From IMG/VR virus record IMGVR_UViG_3300035102_000071: a DNA stretch of 34,274 nt. One strand, 5' to 3'. The notes below the pieces were generated by a model that was given only the letters and a program-made list of their open reading frames with translations, did no database searches and was not told where the DNA came from. The stretch comes from a virus. Shown piece by piece: positions 33,038 to 34,274 of the stretch. Position numbers and translations under genes: made by a program. Each line of letters opens with the position of its first letter. The first letter of the stretch is position 1.

Positions 33038-33235
33038 ATGAATAAGCTCAACACCAATATCAACATGGCAGAACCGAGCCGCGAGAAACTGCGTCAGCTT
33101 GGCCGTGACGCCCTCGCCAGCAAATTCCGCAGCGCGGCCTTGCAGTGCACCCTGAAATTCAGCCTGAACGCCGACGACATCAACGAGGTGGCCTGCGAGA
33201 TCGCCAGAGAGATCGAGGCCTACACCGACGAGTAG
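33038..33235 (+). CDS. Hypothetical protein (65 aa)
   Basis: AAAGGAGA RBS (33022-33029) upstream of ATG 33038. Confidence 0.55.
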   Translation: MNKLNTNINMAEPSREKLRQLGRDALASKFRSAALQCTLKFSLNADDINEVACEIAREIEAYTDE

Positions 33236-33256
33236 GACGTCGAGGAATGGGGATCT

Positions 33257-33337
33257 ATGACCCAGGAGGAGCGGGACAAAGAGTGCCAGGACGCAATGTG
33301 GGATATGGTCGAGTGGGGATACGACACGGAAGGATAG
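33257..33337 (+). CDS. Possible 26-aa ORF
   Basis: GAGGAA lies upstream of ATG 33257. Translation is MTQEERDKECQDAMWDMVEWGYDTEG. It is very short. Confidence 0.25.
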   Translation: MTQEERDKECQDAMWDMVEWGYDTEG

Positions 33338-33902
33338 CAACCTACTGAACGATCTTTTAATTTTGCTCCGGGTCAGGAGAAAAACCCCATGCCGTGATTG
33401 GTTAGAGCCGCGTCACGACATGCAGGGCGGCGCAACCACAAGACCAACTCATTGGAGCAAAACAAGTCCCGGCTTTGTCCGGGCAGCTTGAGCAAAGGGG
33501 CCGCTCGCCGGTAAGGGCGTGTCAATACCTCGGCAGATGATGGTCACGCCGCCCCAGCTTAAATTTGATCTTTGACAATCGATGTTTTGAAGGAAGGCGG
33601 CGGCGTGGAAAGCTGGGGGAATTTTGTGTGCCCCCTGGAGACACGCAACTGCATTGGGGAGTAAAGGTGGCCTCTGTACCCACCGGCATAAAGTCGACGA
33701 GCCAATGTGGTCACTTGGGCAGCATTTGAGCCGGAGTAGCGCCCGGCCCGCCTTCCCCCAAAGCACCGAAGGACAGAAGTTCGAAGGTCGGTGCCTCCTG
33801 CGGTCTGGGTGGTCCAGGCCGTTGGAACAGTCCCTCGGAGGGGCGGCGCTTTTAGAGGTTTATCTCCGCGCCGCCCGGAAACAAACGAATGGAGAAACGG
33901 AA
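33338..33902 (+). ncRNA. ORF-free, GC-rich, stem-rich region: candidate structured RNA or long structured 5' leader (unclassified)
   Basis: No plus-strand ORF exceeds about 23 codons. I found at least six GC-rich stems (33463-33490, 33545-33607, 33615-33635, 33666-33684, 33763-33794, 33841-33876). It is the largest gap in an otherwise overlapping-gene genome. Confidence 0.35.
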
Positions 33903-34274
33903 ATGAAGGCAATACTCGACGGAAGCCATCTGGTTATTGACGGCGAGCGTTTTGATTTGGGCGGCTCTCTGTACCTGCGCGGCACCGGCATCACCTCGCT
34001 GCCCGACAACCTGACCGTGGGCGGCTATCTGGACCTGGAAGGCACCGGCATCACCTCGCTGCCCGACAACCTGACCGTGGGCGGCTATCTGGACCTGCGC
34101 GGCACCGGCATCACCTCGCTGCCCGACAACCTGACCGTGGGCGGCTATCTGGACCTGGAAGGCACCGGCATCACCTCGCTGCCCGACAACCTGACCGTGG
34201 GCGGCTCTCTGGACCTGGAAGGCACCGGCATCACCTCGCTGCCCGACAACCTGACCGTGGGCGGCTCTCTGGAC
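33903..34274 (+). CDS. LRR-like tandem-repeat protein, 5' part (continues in frame at the window start)
   Basis: GGAG (33891-33894) lies 8 nt before ATG 33903. MKAILDGSHLVIDGERFDLGG is followed by 20-aa units. There is no stop before the window end. Confidence 0.8.
   Translation, partial: MKAILDGSHLVIDGERFDLGGSLYLRGTGITSLPDNLTVGGYLDLEGTGITSLPDNLTVGGYLDLRGTGITSLPDNLTVGGYLDLEGTGITSLPDNLTVGGSLDLEGTGITSLPDNLTVGGSLD
33961..34274 (+). repeat. 60-bp tandem repeat array, part B (5.2 units)
   Basis: Units start at 33961, 34021, 34081, 34141, 34201 and 34261. They are identical outside three codons. Confidence 0.95.

Noticed and set aside
33755-33800. Glycine-riboswitch-like strings (CACCGAAGGACAG, and CTGGAGA upstream at about 33635).
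   Set aside because: Only short fragments resemble the consensus. The spacing and the P1/P3 architecture do not fit. I treat this as a coincidence unless a covariance-model scan says otherwise.
33380-33800. tRNA-like fragments (TGGTTAGAGC at about 33389, GTTCGAA at about 33779).
   Set aside because: No acceptor, D, anticodon or T arms with correct pairing can be drawn around either fragment.
33449-33912. Minus-strand ORFs of 105 aa and 117 aa in the large non-coding region.
   Set aside because: They overlap each other, oppose local transcription, have no RBS, and give low-complexity translations.
33338-34274. A diversity-generating retroelement (template and variable repeat plus RT) as the explanation for the variable codons.
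   Set aside because: No reverse-transcriptase-like ORF exists anywhere in the window. I found no template copy of the repeat in the non-coding region. The variable bases are not restricted to adenine-templated positions.

Overview
The window reads as one complete, compact dsDNA tailed-phage genome, about 34.2 kb once a 70-nt end overlap is collapsed. Bases 34205-34274 are identical to bases 1-70. Two transcription arms diverge from a control region at about 30237-30519 and converge at about 3008-3073. The leftward arm (minus strand, 30236 down to 3074) encodes a Cro-like HTH protein, a replisome organiser, a DnaB-like helicase and a VRR-NUC nuclease. It continues with a lysis cassette (3TM holin, M15-peptidase endolysin, lipoprotein), small and large terminase, and a T7-type structural order: portal, scaffold, major capsid, adaptor, nozzle, three internal/ejection proteins, two fibre proteins and a fibre chaperone. 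The rightward arm (plus strand, 30520 onward, wrapping through the window ends to about 3007) encodes small Cys-rich proteins and a PD-(D/E)XK exonuclease plus RecT. It then has a roughly 565-nt ORF-free GC-rich structured region, a tandem-repeat LRR-like protein that spans the window ends, a Dam-type methyltransferase, and a lower-GC block of small accessory ORFs (Tat-signal protein, HicA-like protein). I found no integrase, CI-type repressor, DNA or RNA polymerase, reverse transcriptase, tRNA, rRNA or CRISPR array. Five things deserve follow-up. (1) The 60-bp repeat units of the LRR-like gene are nucleotide-identical except at three codons, which are the predicted concave-face beta-strand positions. 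(2) The large structured non-coding region sits directly upstream of that gene. (3) A low-GC three-ORF cassette is bounded by 54-bp direct repeats next to the replication gene. (4) A 23-nt conserved gene-boundary repeat brackets the HicA-like block. (5) A 179-nt early leader is almost free of T. All family assignments come from motif recognition by eye; no database search was run.
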